A stretch of 64,000 nucleotides of DNA, from sequence record SRR31156797_5854, one strand, 5' to 3'. Below the pieces are notes generated by a model, which saw nothing but the letters and a program-made list of their open reading frames with translations, ran no database searches and was not told the DNA's origin. The position numbers and the translations under genes are program-made. How positions within the stretch are numbered: the stretch's first letter is position 1; every line of letters starts with the position of its first letter. Positions 19,721 to 30,327 of the stretch are shown in pieces.

Positions 19721-20850
19721 TGAACACATGTGGATTATATATTCATATACCTTTCTGCCTGCAGAAATGTTACTACTGTGATTTTGTATCAATTGCATTT
19801 GACGAGAAAATTGCAGAAGAATATATTGATTCACTCCTAAAGGAAGCTAAATCAAAAAAGGATAAATTTGCAGATACGTTATTTGATACCATATATATTG
19901 GCGGAGGTACTCCCTCTATACTTAAAGTCAAGCACTTTGACAGACTGATTAGTGGTCTGAATGAGTGCTTTAATCTTGCTCCAATAGAATTCACCATTGA
20001 GATAAATCCCGCAACAGGCAGCAGAAAATTATTTGAGTTCTTCAAGTCATCAGGAGTAACCCGAGCTTCAATTGGTCTCCAGTGTGCCAATGATATAGTT
20101 CTGCAATCAGTTAACCGAGCTCACAATACTGAGGACTTCATTGAGACTATTAATCTACTAAATAGTCTAGGAATAAATAATATCAGTGCAGATGTTATGA
20201 CTATGCTGCCAAGGCAAAGCATTGACGATGTATTAAATACAATTGAATTGATATCTAGGATGAAATGCTCTCATATATCAATGTACACATTGAAACTAGA
20301 GCAAGATACACCCCTTCATAGGATGTATAATGATAAAAGAATTGTATTGCCGTCAGAAAATACTGAAATACAAATGTCAGAAAAAGCACGTGAATTAATG
20401 AATTCATTGGGATATATCCGATATGAGATATCCAATTATGCAAAGGACAAAAAAATCTCCAAGCACAATATGAAATACTGGCTGAGAAAGGATTACCTAG
20501 GTCTAGGTGTATCTGCAGCGTCATGCTATGATGATGTTCGCTATACCAACACCTATTTATTGGATGAATATATTAAGGCAATGAATAATGGTGAGACTAA
20601 ATATGCTTCCTATGAGTATTTAACAAAAGAAAATAAAATGGAAGAGATGCTGATTCTCAATACCCGCCTGACGCAGGGTATGAGCTACAAAGATTATAAA
20701 GCTGAATTCAATATTGATTTTTATAACACTAATAAAGATAAGCTATTAAAACTAAAAAAAAGAGGCATGATAACTTCATGCCCAGCACATTTAATATTAA
20801 CTGATACAGGACTCGATTTGCAGAACCAAGTTCTATTGGAATTGCTCTAA
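19720..20850 (+). CDS. hemW: Radical SAM heme chaperone HemW (HemN-like)
   Basis: YIHIPFCLQKCYYCDF, GGGTPS, YEISNY and HNMKYW. ATG overlaps the mltG stop codon. Confidence 0.9.
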   Translation: MNTCGLYIHIPFCLQKCYYCDFVSIAFDEKIAEEYIDSLLKEAKSKKDKFADTLFDTIYIGGGTPSILKVKHFDRLISGLNECFNLAPIEFTIEINPATGSRKLFEFFKSSGVTRASIGLQCANDIVLQSVNRAHNTEDFIETINLLNSLGINNISADVMTMLPRQSIDDVLNTIELISRMKCSHISMYTLKLEQDTPLHRMYNDKRIVLPSENTEIQMSEKARELMNSLGYIRYEISNYAKDKKISKHNMKYWLRKDYLGLGVSAASCYDDVRYTNTYLLDEYIKAMNNGETKYASYEYLTKENKMEEMLILNTRLTQGMSYKDYKAEFNIDFYNTNKDKLLKLKKRGMITSCPAHLILTDTGLDLQNQVLLELL

Positions 20851-23800
20851 AGCATATCGAATATTGACACCTGCGCTCTTTCTGGCATACCGTCAAGGCA
20901 TCTAATATCTTTTAATAAATCAATAACAGTATTGTTTAGTGAAGTACGCTCTCTGAGCTCGCTGATTGTATTAAACTTACCTTTTTTTCGTGCTTTAACT
21001 ACGGATAAAGCGGCTGATTCTCCTAGCTGAGGAACTGCAATTAATGGCGGCATAATTTTGCCATCAACAATGATAAATCTAGTTGCATCAGCTTTATATA
21101 TATCAATTTTCTCAAATTCATAGCCTCTTGCCATCATCTCCATAACTAATTCCAGCACAGTCAGAGTTCCTTTGTCCTTTACGGATGCATCATTTTTTGC
21201 CCTATACTCTGTAACCATTTTGCGAATAGTCTTGTACTCTGTAACCATCGTAACATAATCAAAATCCTCTGAACCACGAACGGTAAAATATGTGCTGTAG
21301 TATTCCAGGGGATAGTATACTTTATAATATGCAACACGGAGTGCCATAATAACATACGCTGCTGCGTGAGCCTTTGGGAACATGTATTTAATCTTCTTAC
21401 AGGAATCAATAAACCACTCTTCAACGTCATTCGCACGCATAGCTTCTTCCATCTCCTCAGTCAGTCCTCTGCCCTTTCGTACAAATTCCATTGTTTTGAA
21501 TGCTACTTTTGCTTCTACTCCTTTATTCATCAGTGCTTCCATGATATCATCTCTGGTACATATAGCTTCCATCAATGTTGCAGTCTTTGACTTAATCAGA
21601 TCCTGAGCATTCCCAAGCCATACATCAGTACCGTGAGACAATCCGGAAATACGGATTAATTCAGCAACTGTAGACGGCAGAGTATCAACCAGCATTCCCC
21701 GAACAAACGGTGTACCGAATTCAGGCAGACCGTAGGAGCCAACCTTGCTCATTGCCTCTTCTTTAGTAAGTCCCAATGCCTTGGTTGAAGAAAATAACGA
21801 CAGCACTTTCTCATCATCCAGCGGAATATCCTCTGGCTGAATACCAGTAGCTTCCTTTAACTTCTTAATCATAGTAGGATCGTCGTGACCCAAAATATCC
21901 AGCTTAACCAACCTGTCGTGCATCTGATTAAACGTAAAGTGAGTTGTTATTACACCCTTTTCCTTGGAATCAGCTGGGTATTGAATAGGAGTAAAGTCAT
22001 ATACATCATATTCAGTAGGAATAACGATAATTCCACCTGGATGCTGACCAGTAGTCCTACGAACACCTACGCATCCCTCAACAAGCCTGTTAATCTCTGC
22101 CTTTGATGCATCTAAACCATATTCCTCCAGATACTTCATTACATAACCATATGCAGTCTTGCTCTTTACCAAAGACACTGTACCAGCCTTATAGACATAC
22201 TCCTTACCAAACATAACCTCAGTATATTTTTGAATATCACCTTGATTCTCTCCTGAGAAATTAAGGTCAATATCAGGCACTTTATCCCCCTTAAAACCAA
22301 GGAATACTTCAAATGGAATATTGAACCCTAGCTTCGCCATCCTTTCACCGCATTCTGGACACTCTCTGTCAGGCAAATCAGGACCACAGCCGTATTTGGT
22401 AGAGTCAATATCGAAGTCACTATAATTACATTTCCTGCACACGTAATGAGGAGATAACGGATTAACCTCAGTTATACCCATCAAAGCCGCAATAAATGAA
22501 GAACCTACAGAACCTCTGGAGCCTACAATATAGCCATCATCATTTGACTTAAATACAAGCTCCTGTGCTACTAAATAAAGTAGTGCATAGTCATATGTTG
22601 TGATGGAATGAAGTTCCTTGTCCATTCTCTTTTGTACGATTTCCGGGAGCACATTGCCATATATATCATGAGCTGATTTATTAGATATCTCAATTATCTC
22701 ATCATTTGATGTTTCTTTCTTTGGTGCATATAGTCTTAGCGGAGGCAATGGTTCAATATCCTCCATCATATCTGCAATCTTTCTGGGATTATATATTACT
22801 AAATCCTTTGCTGTTTGCTCATCTAGATAATTAAATTCTTCCAGCATTTCCTTTGTTGTACGATAATACAGCGGCGGCTGATTATTTGCATCAGAGAATC
22901 CATTGCCAAACATAAGTATGGCCCGGAATATTTTATCACTTGGCTTAAGGAAGTGAACATCACCTGTTGCAACTACCAGCTTATCCAACTTCTTACCAAT
23001 ATCTATTACTTTTTTATTGCATTTAACTATATCATTAACTGAATTTACATTTTTAATTTTTTCATTTCCAATCATAAATTGATTGTTTCCCAGAGGCTGA
23101 ACCTCCAAGTAGTCATAGAAATCCGCTATTTTATTTAATTTTTCATCGTCTTGACCATCTACTATTGCTCTGTACAATTCACCTGCTTCACATGCAGAAC
23201 CTACAATCAGCCCTTCACGCAGCTCTATCAGCTTGGATTTGGGCATATTAGGTTTACCTCTATACATATAGTCAATATTACCTATTGACACTAACTTGTA
23301 CAAGTTTTTTAGCCCTACATTATTCTTCGCATATATAACAGCATGATAAACATCTCTGCTCTGAATATTCTTATTCGTAATTGCATTAATTTCATTAAGT
23401 CTGGTAATGCCAAGCTCTCTTACTTTTTCAAAGAGTTTCAGCATAAGATAAGCCGTTGCTCTAGCATCATCTACAGCTCTATGGTGAGATTTTAACTCAA
23501 TTCTATATGCCTTGCAGAGTATATTTAGTTTAAATGATCTTCTGTCCGGTTCTACTCTCTTTGCTAATTGTATTGTATCAAGAGATATGAATTTCTGAGA
23601 AATTGCACAACGTTCCATAGCCTTATTCAGAAAGCCCATATCGAATTTTGCATTATGAGCTACAAGTACCGTGCCTTTTGCAAATTCTACAAATTCATTA
23701 ATTACTGTTTCTTCTTCTGGTGCATCTACCAGCATCATATCAGTAATTTTGGTTAATTCAATAATTTTCTCCGGTAGTCTTCTATGAGGATTTATAAATG

Positions 23801-25025
23801 ATGAATATGTATCTACAATTTTATTGCCTGATACCTTAACACCAGCAATTTCAATTATTACATCATCTCTGCTGCTTAGTCCCGTTGTTTCTACGTCAAA
23901 TACTACAAACTCGCCGTCTAATGACATCTCTGAATCACCCATTAGAGCGGCAACAGTATCATCAAAGAGGTATGCTTCTACACCATACAGTATTTTAATA
24001 CCATTCTTTTTTGCCAAATCTGCTATATCGGGAAATGCCTGTACACAGCCATGGTCAGTAATGCCTATAGTGTCGTGCCCATATGCCTTAGCTGTCGCTA
24101 TCAAAGATTTTAAATCTACTACTGAATCAAGGGTTGACAGCTTTGTATGCAGATGCAGTTCAATTCGTTTTTCCTTAGCATCATCTACCTCTGGAGTTTT
24201 CTTTAGTTTTGCAATAGAAATAAAATCAATCACATGCTCTCCGTGATATTTATTATATATACAATCGCCCTGTATCTGTAAGTACATACCTTTTTCAATA
24301 GCTGACAAGGCATCATATGCTTTTGATTTGCCTGTTTTTGTTCCTTTTAAATACTTAGAACAAGTAATGGTACTAAAATAATCAGTTAATGCAATTTCTA
24401 CTACACAACTAACCTTATCTTTCATTTCTTTTATGTTCACGCTGGTAACGAAACCCTTAACTGTTACTTTGCCGCTATTGCTGTCAACATCAGCAATCTG
24501 AGTAAATGGATATTTCTGATCTCTGTTATACAGATATTCTATGTCTTTTTCTCTGTATTGAGATTTATTTTGAGTGTTTTTCTTTTGAGGTTTTGCCTTA
24601 GAAAATACAAATTCATTTTCAATGGATGAAACTACGTCGTTAATACGCTTGGTCAAATCTTTTTGATTTTCTTCAGCCAAAGTATCAGGATATACAATAT
24701 GAGTTTTTGTATCACTGAGAAAGATATTTGTGTTGATTAAATCAGCATCATCACCTAAAACAGCTAATAAACTGTTCTTAAGATATGCAATATTATTAAT
24801 ATTAATTGTTTTAATCTGTTGGTAAGAAATATCCATTTCGATATTTCCAATATGTTTCCTGAAATAATCTCTGAATAAATCTATCTGTTCTCCACTTGCT
24901 TTATTAATTCCTTCAATATGTATCTCCAGTCGTTTCTGTGCTGGAAATGAATCAACCCTGTCAATTATATAATGATGAGTACTGCTACCGTGTTTTACAC
25001 TGAATTCCTTTGTCAATTGCCCCAT
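20847..25025 (-). CDS. polC: DNA polymerase III PolC-type
   Basis: OB fold, PHP domain (ELHLHT, ITDHG), embedded exonuclease (VFDVETTG, AHNAKFD, HHRAVDDA), GSRGSVGSS, Zn finger, PDIDLNFSG and YMFPKAHA. Confidence 0.97.
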   Translation of the reverse strand: MGQLTKEFSVKHGSSTHHYIIDRVDSFPAQKRLEIHIEGINKASGEQIDLFRDYFRKHIGNIEMDISYQQIKTININNIAYLKNSLLAVLGDDADLINTNIFLSDTKTHIVYPDTLAEENQKDLTKRINDVVSSIENEFVFSKAKPQKKNTQNKSQYREKDIEYLYNRDQKYPFTQIADVDSNSGKVTVKGFVTSVNIKEMKDKVSCVVEIALTDYFSTITCSKYLKGTKTGKSKAYDALSAIEKGMYLQIQGDCIYNKYHGEHVIDFISIAKLKKTPEVDDAKEKRIELHLHTKLSTLDSVVDLKSLIATAKAYGHDTIGITDHGCVQAFPDIADLAKKNGIKILYGVEAYLFDDTVAALMGDSEMSLDGEFVVFDVETTGLSSRDDVIIEIAGVKVSGNKIVDTYSSFINPHRRLPEKIIELTKITDMMLVDAPEEETVINEFVEFAKGTVLVAHNAKFDMGFLNKAMERCAISQKFISLDTIQLAKRVEPDRRSFKLNILCKAYRIELKSHHRAVDDARATAYLMLKLFEKVRELGITRLNEINAITNKNIQSRDVYHAVIYAKNNVGLKNLYKLVSIGNIDYMYRGKPNMPKSKLIELREGLIVGSACEAGELYRAIVDGQDDEKLNKIADFYDYLEVQPLGNNQFMIGNEKIKNVNSVNDIVKCNKKVIDIGKKLDKLVVATGDVHFLKPSDKIFRAILMFGNGFSDANNQPPLYYRTTKEMLEEFNYLDEQTAKDLVIYNPRKIADMMEDIEPLPPLRLYAPKKETSNDEIIEISNKSAHDIYGNVLPEIVQKRMDKELHSITTYDYALLYLVAQELVFKSNDDGYIVGSRGSVGSSFIAALMGITEVNPLSPHYVCRKCNYSDFDIDSTKYGCGPDLPDRECPECGERMAKLGFNIPFEVFLGFKGDKVPDIDLNFSGENQGDIQKYTEVMFGKEYVYKAGTVSLVKSKTAYGYVMKYLEEYGLDASKAEINRLVEGCVGVRRTTGQHPGGIIVIPTEYDVYDFTPIQYPADSKEKGVITTHFTFNQMHDRLVKLDILGHDDPTMIKKLKEATGIQPEDIPLDDEKVLSLFSSTKALGLTKEEAMSKVGSYGLPEFGTPFVRGMLVDTLPSTVAELIRISGLSHGTDVWLGNAQDLIKSKTATLMEAICTRDDIMEALMNKGVEAKVAFKTMEFVRKGRGLTEEMEEAMRANDVEEWFIDSCKKIKYMFPKAHAAAYVIMALRVAYYKVYYPLEYYSTYFTVRGSEDFDYVTMVTEYKTIRKMVTEYRAKNDASVKDKGTLTVLELVMEMMARGYEFEKIDIYKADATRFIIVDGKIMPPLIAVPQLGESAALSVVKARKKGKFNTISELRERTSLNNTVIDLLKDIRCLDGMPERAQVSIFDML

Positions 25026-25054
25026 TAATATCTCTCCCTCTAATATGCAATAAT

Positions 25055-25083
25055 ATAATATATAATATGACCCAACAGGTCAA
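25055..25083 (-). promoter_or_regulatory. Probable sigma-A promoter for polC
   Basis: TTGACC-17 nt-TATTAT upstream of the GAGGGAG RBS; the -35 is overlapped by a TGACC-N5-GGTCA inverted repeat. Confidence 0.55.
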
Positions 25084-25167
25084 TTGTAATTTTAAATATT
25101 TTAGCAAAATATAAGCTTCAAGCATATAATGCATGAAACTTATTTCTAGCCAATTTGATGTGGATAT

Positions 25168-26220
25168 CTACTTATACTTTTCATCCAGCAGATTATCTAT
25201 CAGAACACATAGTCTTTCAAACGCTTTGGAATTCTCCACTTTCTCCAGCTTTTCTCCCTTTGCAAAGATTATTGAGTGCTCCTTGCCCCCTGCTATACCA
25301 ATATCAGCATCGCTTGCTTCACCAGGACCATTTACTACACAACCCATGACAGCTACATCCAGATATCGTTGTTCAGCAAGATAGTGAGCTTTTATCTTGT
25401 TTGCCAGCTTCTCCACGTCCAATCCTTTTCTAGCGCAAGTAGGGCATGATACTACATTCAACCCTCTTTTTCGCAAATCTATAGCATTCAAAATACTATA
25501 AGCTACTTCTACTTCTCTTTCTGGACTTTCGCTGATTGATACTCTGATAGTATCCCCGATACCATTAAGAAGTAGATTGCCAATGCCAATAGATGCCTTT
25601 ACTATGCCTGATACCTGAGAACCAGCTTCTGTTACACCTATATGCTGTGGATAATCGGATACTTTCGCAAATTCTGTGCAGGCTTCAATCGTTTTCTTCA
25701 CACTGGAAGCCTTAAGTGAAACTACTATATTCTCGTAATTGAATTTTTCCAGAAGTTTTATATGTCGAAATGCAGCTTCAACCATAGACTTGGCATTGAC
25801 CCCATACTTCTTCACCAAATCCTTTGGCAATGAACCAGAATTAACACCAATTCTGATAGGAATATTATTTGCCTTAGCACATTCCACCAGCTTCTTTACC
25901 CTGTCCTCACCGCCAATATTTCCAGGATTAATCCGTACTTTGTCAATACCATTTTCAATAGAAGCAATAGCCAGCCTATAATCAAAATGTATATCCGCCA
26001 CCAATGGAATATTGGTCTGAGACTTTATCTGCTTAATAGCTTTTGCACAAGCTTCATCATATACGCTGAATCGTGCAATCTCACATCCTGATTTCTCCAG
26101 TGAAAGTATCTGCGCAACAGTACTGTCAATATCAGCTGTATCAGTATTGGTCATAGACTGAACCAATATTGGGTTACCACCGCCAATTACCTTATCCGCT
26201 ATCTTTACTACTCTTGTCAT
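25168..26220 (-). CDS. ispG: HMBPP synthase
   Basis: VQSMTNT, PLVADIHF, RINPGNIG, RIGVNSGS, HIGVTEAG, SCPTCAR and MGCVVNGPGE. Confidence 0.96.
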   Translation of the reverse strand: MTRVVKIADKVIGGGNPILVQSMTNTDTADIDSTVAQILSLEKSGCEIARFSVYDEACAKAIKQIKSQTNIPLVADIHFDYRLAIASIENGIDKVRINPGNIGGEDRVKKLVECAKANNIPIRIGVNSGSLPKDLVKKYGVNAKSMVEAAFRHIKLLEKFNYENIVVSLKASSVKKTIEACTEFAKVSDYPQHIGVTEAGSQVSGIVKASIGIGNLLLNGIGDTIRVSISESPEREVEVAYSILNAIDLRKRGLNVVSCPTCARKGLDVEKLANKIKAHYLAEQRYLDVAVMGCVVNGPGEASDADIGIAGGKEHSIIFAKGEKLEKVENSKAFERLCVLIDNLLDEKYK

Positions 26221-27263
26221 TATCCACCTGTTACTAGCTGCGTAATGTCTTTATATGTAAGTATTATTGCCAGTGTAATCAATACAAAAAATCCAGCCAT
26301 CTGTATTTTCATTTGTGTATCCAGAGATATTTTTTTGCCTCTTACTCCTTCAAATAAATACATCAATACTTTGAAGCCGTCGCATGGAGGTATAGGAAGT
26401 AAATTAAATACGCCCAAGTTGATTGAAATAAAAGCAACTAGATACAGGAAGTAAGCAAAGTCCTGCTGTCCAGCAACATCACTCATCACAGCTACGGCAC
26501 CAACAATTCCTGATACATCCTTTGCTCCCTCACCAGTGCTTACAAGATTACCAAAGAACTGTAAAAGTGCTACTATCATTCCTCCTACTTCTTGGAAGGA
26601 CATTTTAATAGAAGTTCCAAAAGGATATTTAACCTTTTCAACATGGAGGGTAATTCCAATTAAATATTTATCAGCATCTTCATTGTATTCTGGTGTCATT
26701 GTCAGATTAGTCATTTCACCATCACGCAGCACAGTTACCTGGAGTTCACCACCAGATTGCAATGCTTCAGACAGCACATCATAATTATTATTTATTTCAG
26801 TATCATTAATAGATATAAACTCATCACCTGACTTAAGTCCTGCATCAAATGCAGGTGAATCAATACTTACAGAATCAACAATTGTATCAGGTACAATATC
26901 ATCTGAATACACTCCGACTGATGAAAACAAAATAACAACTATCAAAAATGCTATTAAAATATTCATAACAGGACCAGCAAGTACAACTACCAGTCTCTTC
27001 CAGATTGGCTTCTTATCAAAAGATAATTCTCCAGATTCCAGATTCTTTTCATCATCAAATGCTACAAATCCACCGAATGGAATAGCACGAAGTGAAAACA
27101 GAACTCCTTTTCTCTTCCATGATACAATCTTTGGACCAAACCCCATGCCAAATTCATGTATCTCAAATCCTAACCATTTTCCTGCAAAAAAGTGACCTGC
27201 TTCATGCACCATAACCAATATTCCAAGTGCAATTACAGAATATAATATTCCAATAATATTCAT
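26220..27263 (-). CDS. rseP: RseP/RasP site-2 zinc metalloprotease
   Basis: HEAGH, GMGFGP, AGPVMN, PDZ domain and NLLPIPPCDG. Confidence 0.93.
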   Translation of the reverse strand: MNIIGILYSVIALGILVMVHEAGHFFAGKWLGFEIHEFGMGFGPKIVSWKRKGVLFSLRAIPFGGFVAFDDEKNLESGELSFDKKPIWKRLVVVLAGPVMNILIAFLIVVILFSSVGVYSDDIVPDTIVDSVSIDSPAFDAGLKSGDEFISINDTEINNNYDVLSEALQSGGELQVTVLRDGEMTNLTMTPEYNEDADKYLIGITLHVEKVKYPFGTSIKMSFQEVGGMIVALLQFFGNLVSTGEGAKDVSGIVGAVAVMSDVAGQQDFAYFLYLVAFISINLGVFNLLPIPPCDGFKVLMYLFEGVRGKKISLDTQMKIQMAGFFVLITLAIILTYKDITQLVTGG

Positions 27264-27267
27264 TATT

Positions 27268-28416
27268 TTACTCCTTTATCAGCGACCTGCAATATTCCCT
27301 GGTCGCTCTGTCAACCTTGACTATTAAATCTAAGTCGGTTTCTTCTGCTTTGTCAATTTTATAATAAGCCTTTTCGATAATCTTGTAAATATCTGTAAAG
27401 CCGATTTTCCCATTTAAAAATCCATCAACCGCTATTTCATTTGCTGCATTTACTACAACTGCACGACAGCTGCCATCAGAAATCGCATCATACGCTATAC
27501 GCAGGCATGGGAATTTATCCATATCAGGAGGGAAAAATTCCAAAGCTCCCATGCTAAAAATATCCAATTCATTTGTAGGGCAATCAAGTCTCTCTGGATA
27601 CATTAGTGCATACTGTATGGGTATCTTCATATCTGGATTGCCTAATTGTGCAAGTACTGAATTATCCGTAAATTCCACCATTGAGTGCACTATACTCTTC
27701 CGATGGATTGCTACCTGTATCTGACTAACATCTAAATCAAAGAGATATTTTGCCTCAATGACCTCCAGCCCTTTGTTCATCATAGTTGCTGAATCAATTG
27801 TAATTTTTGCACCCATTGACCAGTTTGGATGATTTAGAGCCTGTTCGATAGTTATGCTTTCCATTTCCTCTTTTGGAGTCGCAAAAAATGGACCTCCAGA
27901 AGCTGTGATATATATTTTTTTTAGCCCTTTAGTATTTGCTTCGTTTTGCAGACATTGGAATATTGCTGAGTGTTCAGAATCCACAGGATAGATATCCACG
28001 TTATACTCTTTTGCCAGATTCATAACCAAGTGTCCGCCGCCAACCAAAGTCTCCTTGTTAGCTAAGGCAATCGTCATGCCCTCCTTAATACAGGCAACAG
28101 TGGATTTTAGTCCAGCTAACCCTACCATAGCACATACTACTAAATCTGCACCACATTCATGACACATGTTTATTATGCCCTGTTCTCCAAAATAAGTCTT
28201 TGCATCAGGGGCAGTTAGCTTGTTCCTTAGTTCACAGCTTGCTAAACCTATATATTGAGGTGAAAATTCTTCAATTTGCTCATTAAGCAGTTTATAGCTT
28301 CTATTAGCACAAAGTCCTACTATCTCAAATCTATCTGGATAATGTCTGATAATATCCAATGTCTGTGTACCTATTGAACCTGTAGAACCTAATATTAATA
28401 TTTTTTTCTTATTCAT
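27268..28416 (-). CDS. dxr: 1-deoxy-D-xylulose-5-phosphate reductoisomerase
   Basis: LGSTGSIG, ALANKE, PVDSEHSA, TASGGPF, HPNWSMGAKIT and NKGLEVIEA. Confidence 0.97.
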   Translation of the reverse strand: MNKKKILILGSTGSIGTQTLDIIRHYPDRFEIVGLCANRSYKLLNEQIEEFSPQYIGLASCELRNKLTAPDAKTYFGEQGIINMCHECGADLVVCAMVGLAGLKSTVACIKEGMTIALANKETLVGGGHLVMNLAKEYNVDIYPVDSEHSAIFQCLQNEANTKGLKKIYITASGGPFFATPKEEMESITIEQALNHPNWSMGAKITIDSATMMNKGLEVIEAKYLFDLDVSQIQVAIHRKSIVHSMVEFTDNSVLAQLGNPDMKIPIQYALMYPERLDCPTNELDIFSMGALEFFPPDMDKFPCLRIAYDAISDGSCRAVVVNAANEIAVDGFLNGKIGFTDIYKIIEKAYYKIDKAEETDLDLIVKVDRATREYCRSLIKE

Positions 28417-28429
28417 TCTCGATTACCAA

Positions 28430-29260
28430 TTATCTGCCAATAATAAATGTGTTAAAGTATATCAATACTGCTGTTACGGAAAACAGCAGTGAATCCATTC
28501 TATCCATTACACCGCCATGCTCGCCCAAGACTTTTGAGAAATCTTTGACTCCTGCATATCTTTTTAGTGCTGATGCTACAAGGTCGCCTATTTGAGATAC
28601 AAATGCACAAATCAGTGCACATTGCAGCACATAATACCACTTAATGCTTCCTACAGCCTCTGCTAATCCAAATGCGTTGGTTTTTACTAACACCAGATAA
28701 ATAAGTCCAATTAATCCAACGCTTCCTAATAAACCACCGATTGAACCCTCAACTGTTTTACGGGGGCTGATATCAGGTGCAAGCTGAGTTTTGCCTATTG
28801 CAGTTCCTACAAAATATGCTCCGACATCAGAAAATACGGGTGCCATCATAGCAATAGCCATCATATATACTGATAATTCATAAGGTTTGGTTTCACCAAT
28901 CATAACAAATGCCAAAAAAAACGAGCCGGGGTAGCAGAGAACAAAGCAGGAAGCAATTGCATCCTGAAACGTTACCTTTTTGCTGAAAACACCCCACACT
29001 AAAATATACATAACAATGATTGCAAACAGCACCAAACTAGCATTGGGGCTATACAGATAAGCTACATATAATCCTAATCCCATTATAATACCTGTATATT
29101 TATTAGGGTTAAGTCCTGAGTGAGTCAGCACCTTCGTTGTCTCGTACTGGCTTAGTACAGCCAAGAAAGTTACCAGCAGAATGTATGGAAGTTTTCTTAC
29201 AACGACTAATGCAACTAAAATAAATGTTATTGGTATAGCTATTATTATTCTATTCTTCAA
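28430..29260 (-). CDS. cdsA: Phosphatidate cytidylyltransferase
   Basis: SDVGAYFVG, ISPRKTVEG, GDLVASALKR..GVKD and HGGVMDRMDS. Confidence 0.93.
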   Translation of the reverse strand: MKNRIIIAIPITFILVALVVVRKLPYILLVTFLAVLSQYETTKVLTHSGLNPNKYTGIIMGLGLYVAYLYSPNASLVLFAIIVMYILVWGVFSKKVTFQDAIASCFVLCYPGSFFLAFVMIGETKPYELSVYMMAIAMMAPVFSDVGAYFVGTAIGKTQLAPDISPRKTVEGSIGGLLGSVGLIGLIYLVLVKTNAFGLAEAVGSIKWYYVLQCALICAFVSQIGDLVASALKRYAGVKDFSKVLGEHGGVMDRMDSLLFSVTAVLIYFNTFIIGR

Positions 29261-29383
29261 TAATTTATCCTCATAAAACGCATCATATAATGAATACGTG
29301 TATTTTCTTACATAGATAGCTTTTCTAGCGTATCTTCACTTTAACAGTGTTCAAAAACTAAACCATACAAATCTAGTCTCCGT

Positions 29384-30118
29384 CTATTTCACATCTCCAT
29401 AGCGGCGTTTTCTGCTTGAGAATTCATTAAGTGCTTCGCTGTATTCATCAAAGCTAAAATCAGGCCAGTATACATCTGTGAAATAAAACTCTGAATAAGA
29501 TGCCTGATAGAGCATGAAATTACTCAGTCTCTGCTCTCCGCTGGTTCGGATAATCAAGTCTGGGTCAGGCATATGCTTAGTATCTAGATATTTACTGATA
29601 GTATCTTCATTAATATCATCTTTATCCAGTTTACCTAGCTGAACTTCATCAACAATACTTTTTACAGCTCTGGTAATCTCCAGCCTGCTGCCGTAATTCA
29701 GAGCTATGCATACAGTGAGGTCACTATTATCCTTTGTGCGCTCCAGTGCATATTTAATAGCTTTTCTCGGATCATCAGGGAATCTCTCAATATCCCCCAT
29801 AAAAGTTATACGAACATTTTCTTCATCCAGTTCGTCGATTTCATTGTAAAGAAATTCAACCAGAAGCTTCATCAACACACCAACTTCATCCTTTGGACGC
29901 TTCCAGTTTTCTGTAGAAAAAGCATACAGAGTTAAGTACTTAACACCAATATCTGAACTCATTCTGATAATATTACGTAGAGCTTCTACTCCAGCTCTAT
30001 GTCCGGCTGAACGAGGCATAAAACGCTTTTTTGCCCATCTTCCATTGCCGTCCATAATGATTGCAACATGCGAAGGCAAATTTGACGGAACGTTATTGTA
30101 TTTATTCTTTTTATTCAT
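29384..30118 (-). CDS. uppS: Undecaprenyl diphosphate synthase
   Basis: HVAIIMDGNGRWA, YAFSTENWKR and PDLIIRTSGEQRLSNF. Confidence 0.97.
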   Translation of the reverse strand: MNKKNKYNNVPSNLPSHVAIIMDGNGRWAKKRFMPRSAGHRAGVEALRNIIRMSSDIGVKYLTLYAFSTENWKRPKDEVGVLMKLLVEFLYNEIDELDEENVRITFMGDIERFPDDPRKAIKYALERTKDNSDLTVCIALNYGSRLEITRAVKSIVDEVQLGKLDKDDINEDTISKYLDTKHMPDPDLIIRTSGEQRLSNFMLYQASYSEFYFTDVYWPDFSFDEYSEALNEFSSRKRRYGDVK

Positions 30119-30311
30119 TAATTGTATCCTCTAGCTTAGGGAACCCTGTGTACAGCACTTCATAAGTATCACCAACTAATCTCAAACGCACTACCCTTTT
30201 ATCAGGATAGACATTCTTGATATCTTTAGTTTCTACAAAACGCACTTTCTCGTTTATACTTTCAAAATATGCTTCACATTCCTCTAAACTCATACCGATT
30301 ACATCAATCAT
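30111..30311 (-). CDS. Small (66 aa) cytoplasmic protein with PASTA-like N-terminus
   Basis: MIDVIGMSLEECEAYFES resembles the PASTA start (PDVxGMSLEEA); fills the frr-uppS gap and overlaps the uppS start. Confidence 0.6.
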   Translation of the reverse strand: MIDVIGMSLEECEAYFESINEKVRFVETKDIKNVYPDKRVVRLRLVGDTYEVLYTGFPKLEDTINE

Positions 30312-30327
30312 ATTTATAAGCTATCTA

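Noticed and set aside
20847-25025. Intein or other insertion in PolC
   Set aside because: Length (1392 aa) and motif order are normal; no splice-junction motifs were seen.
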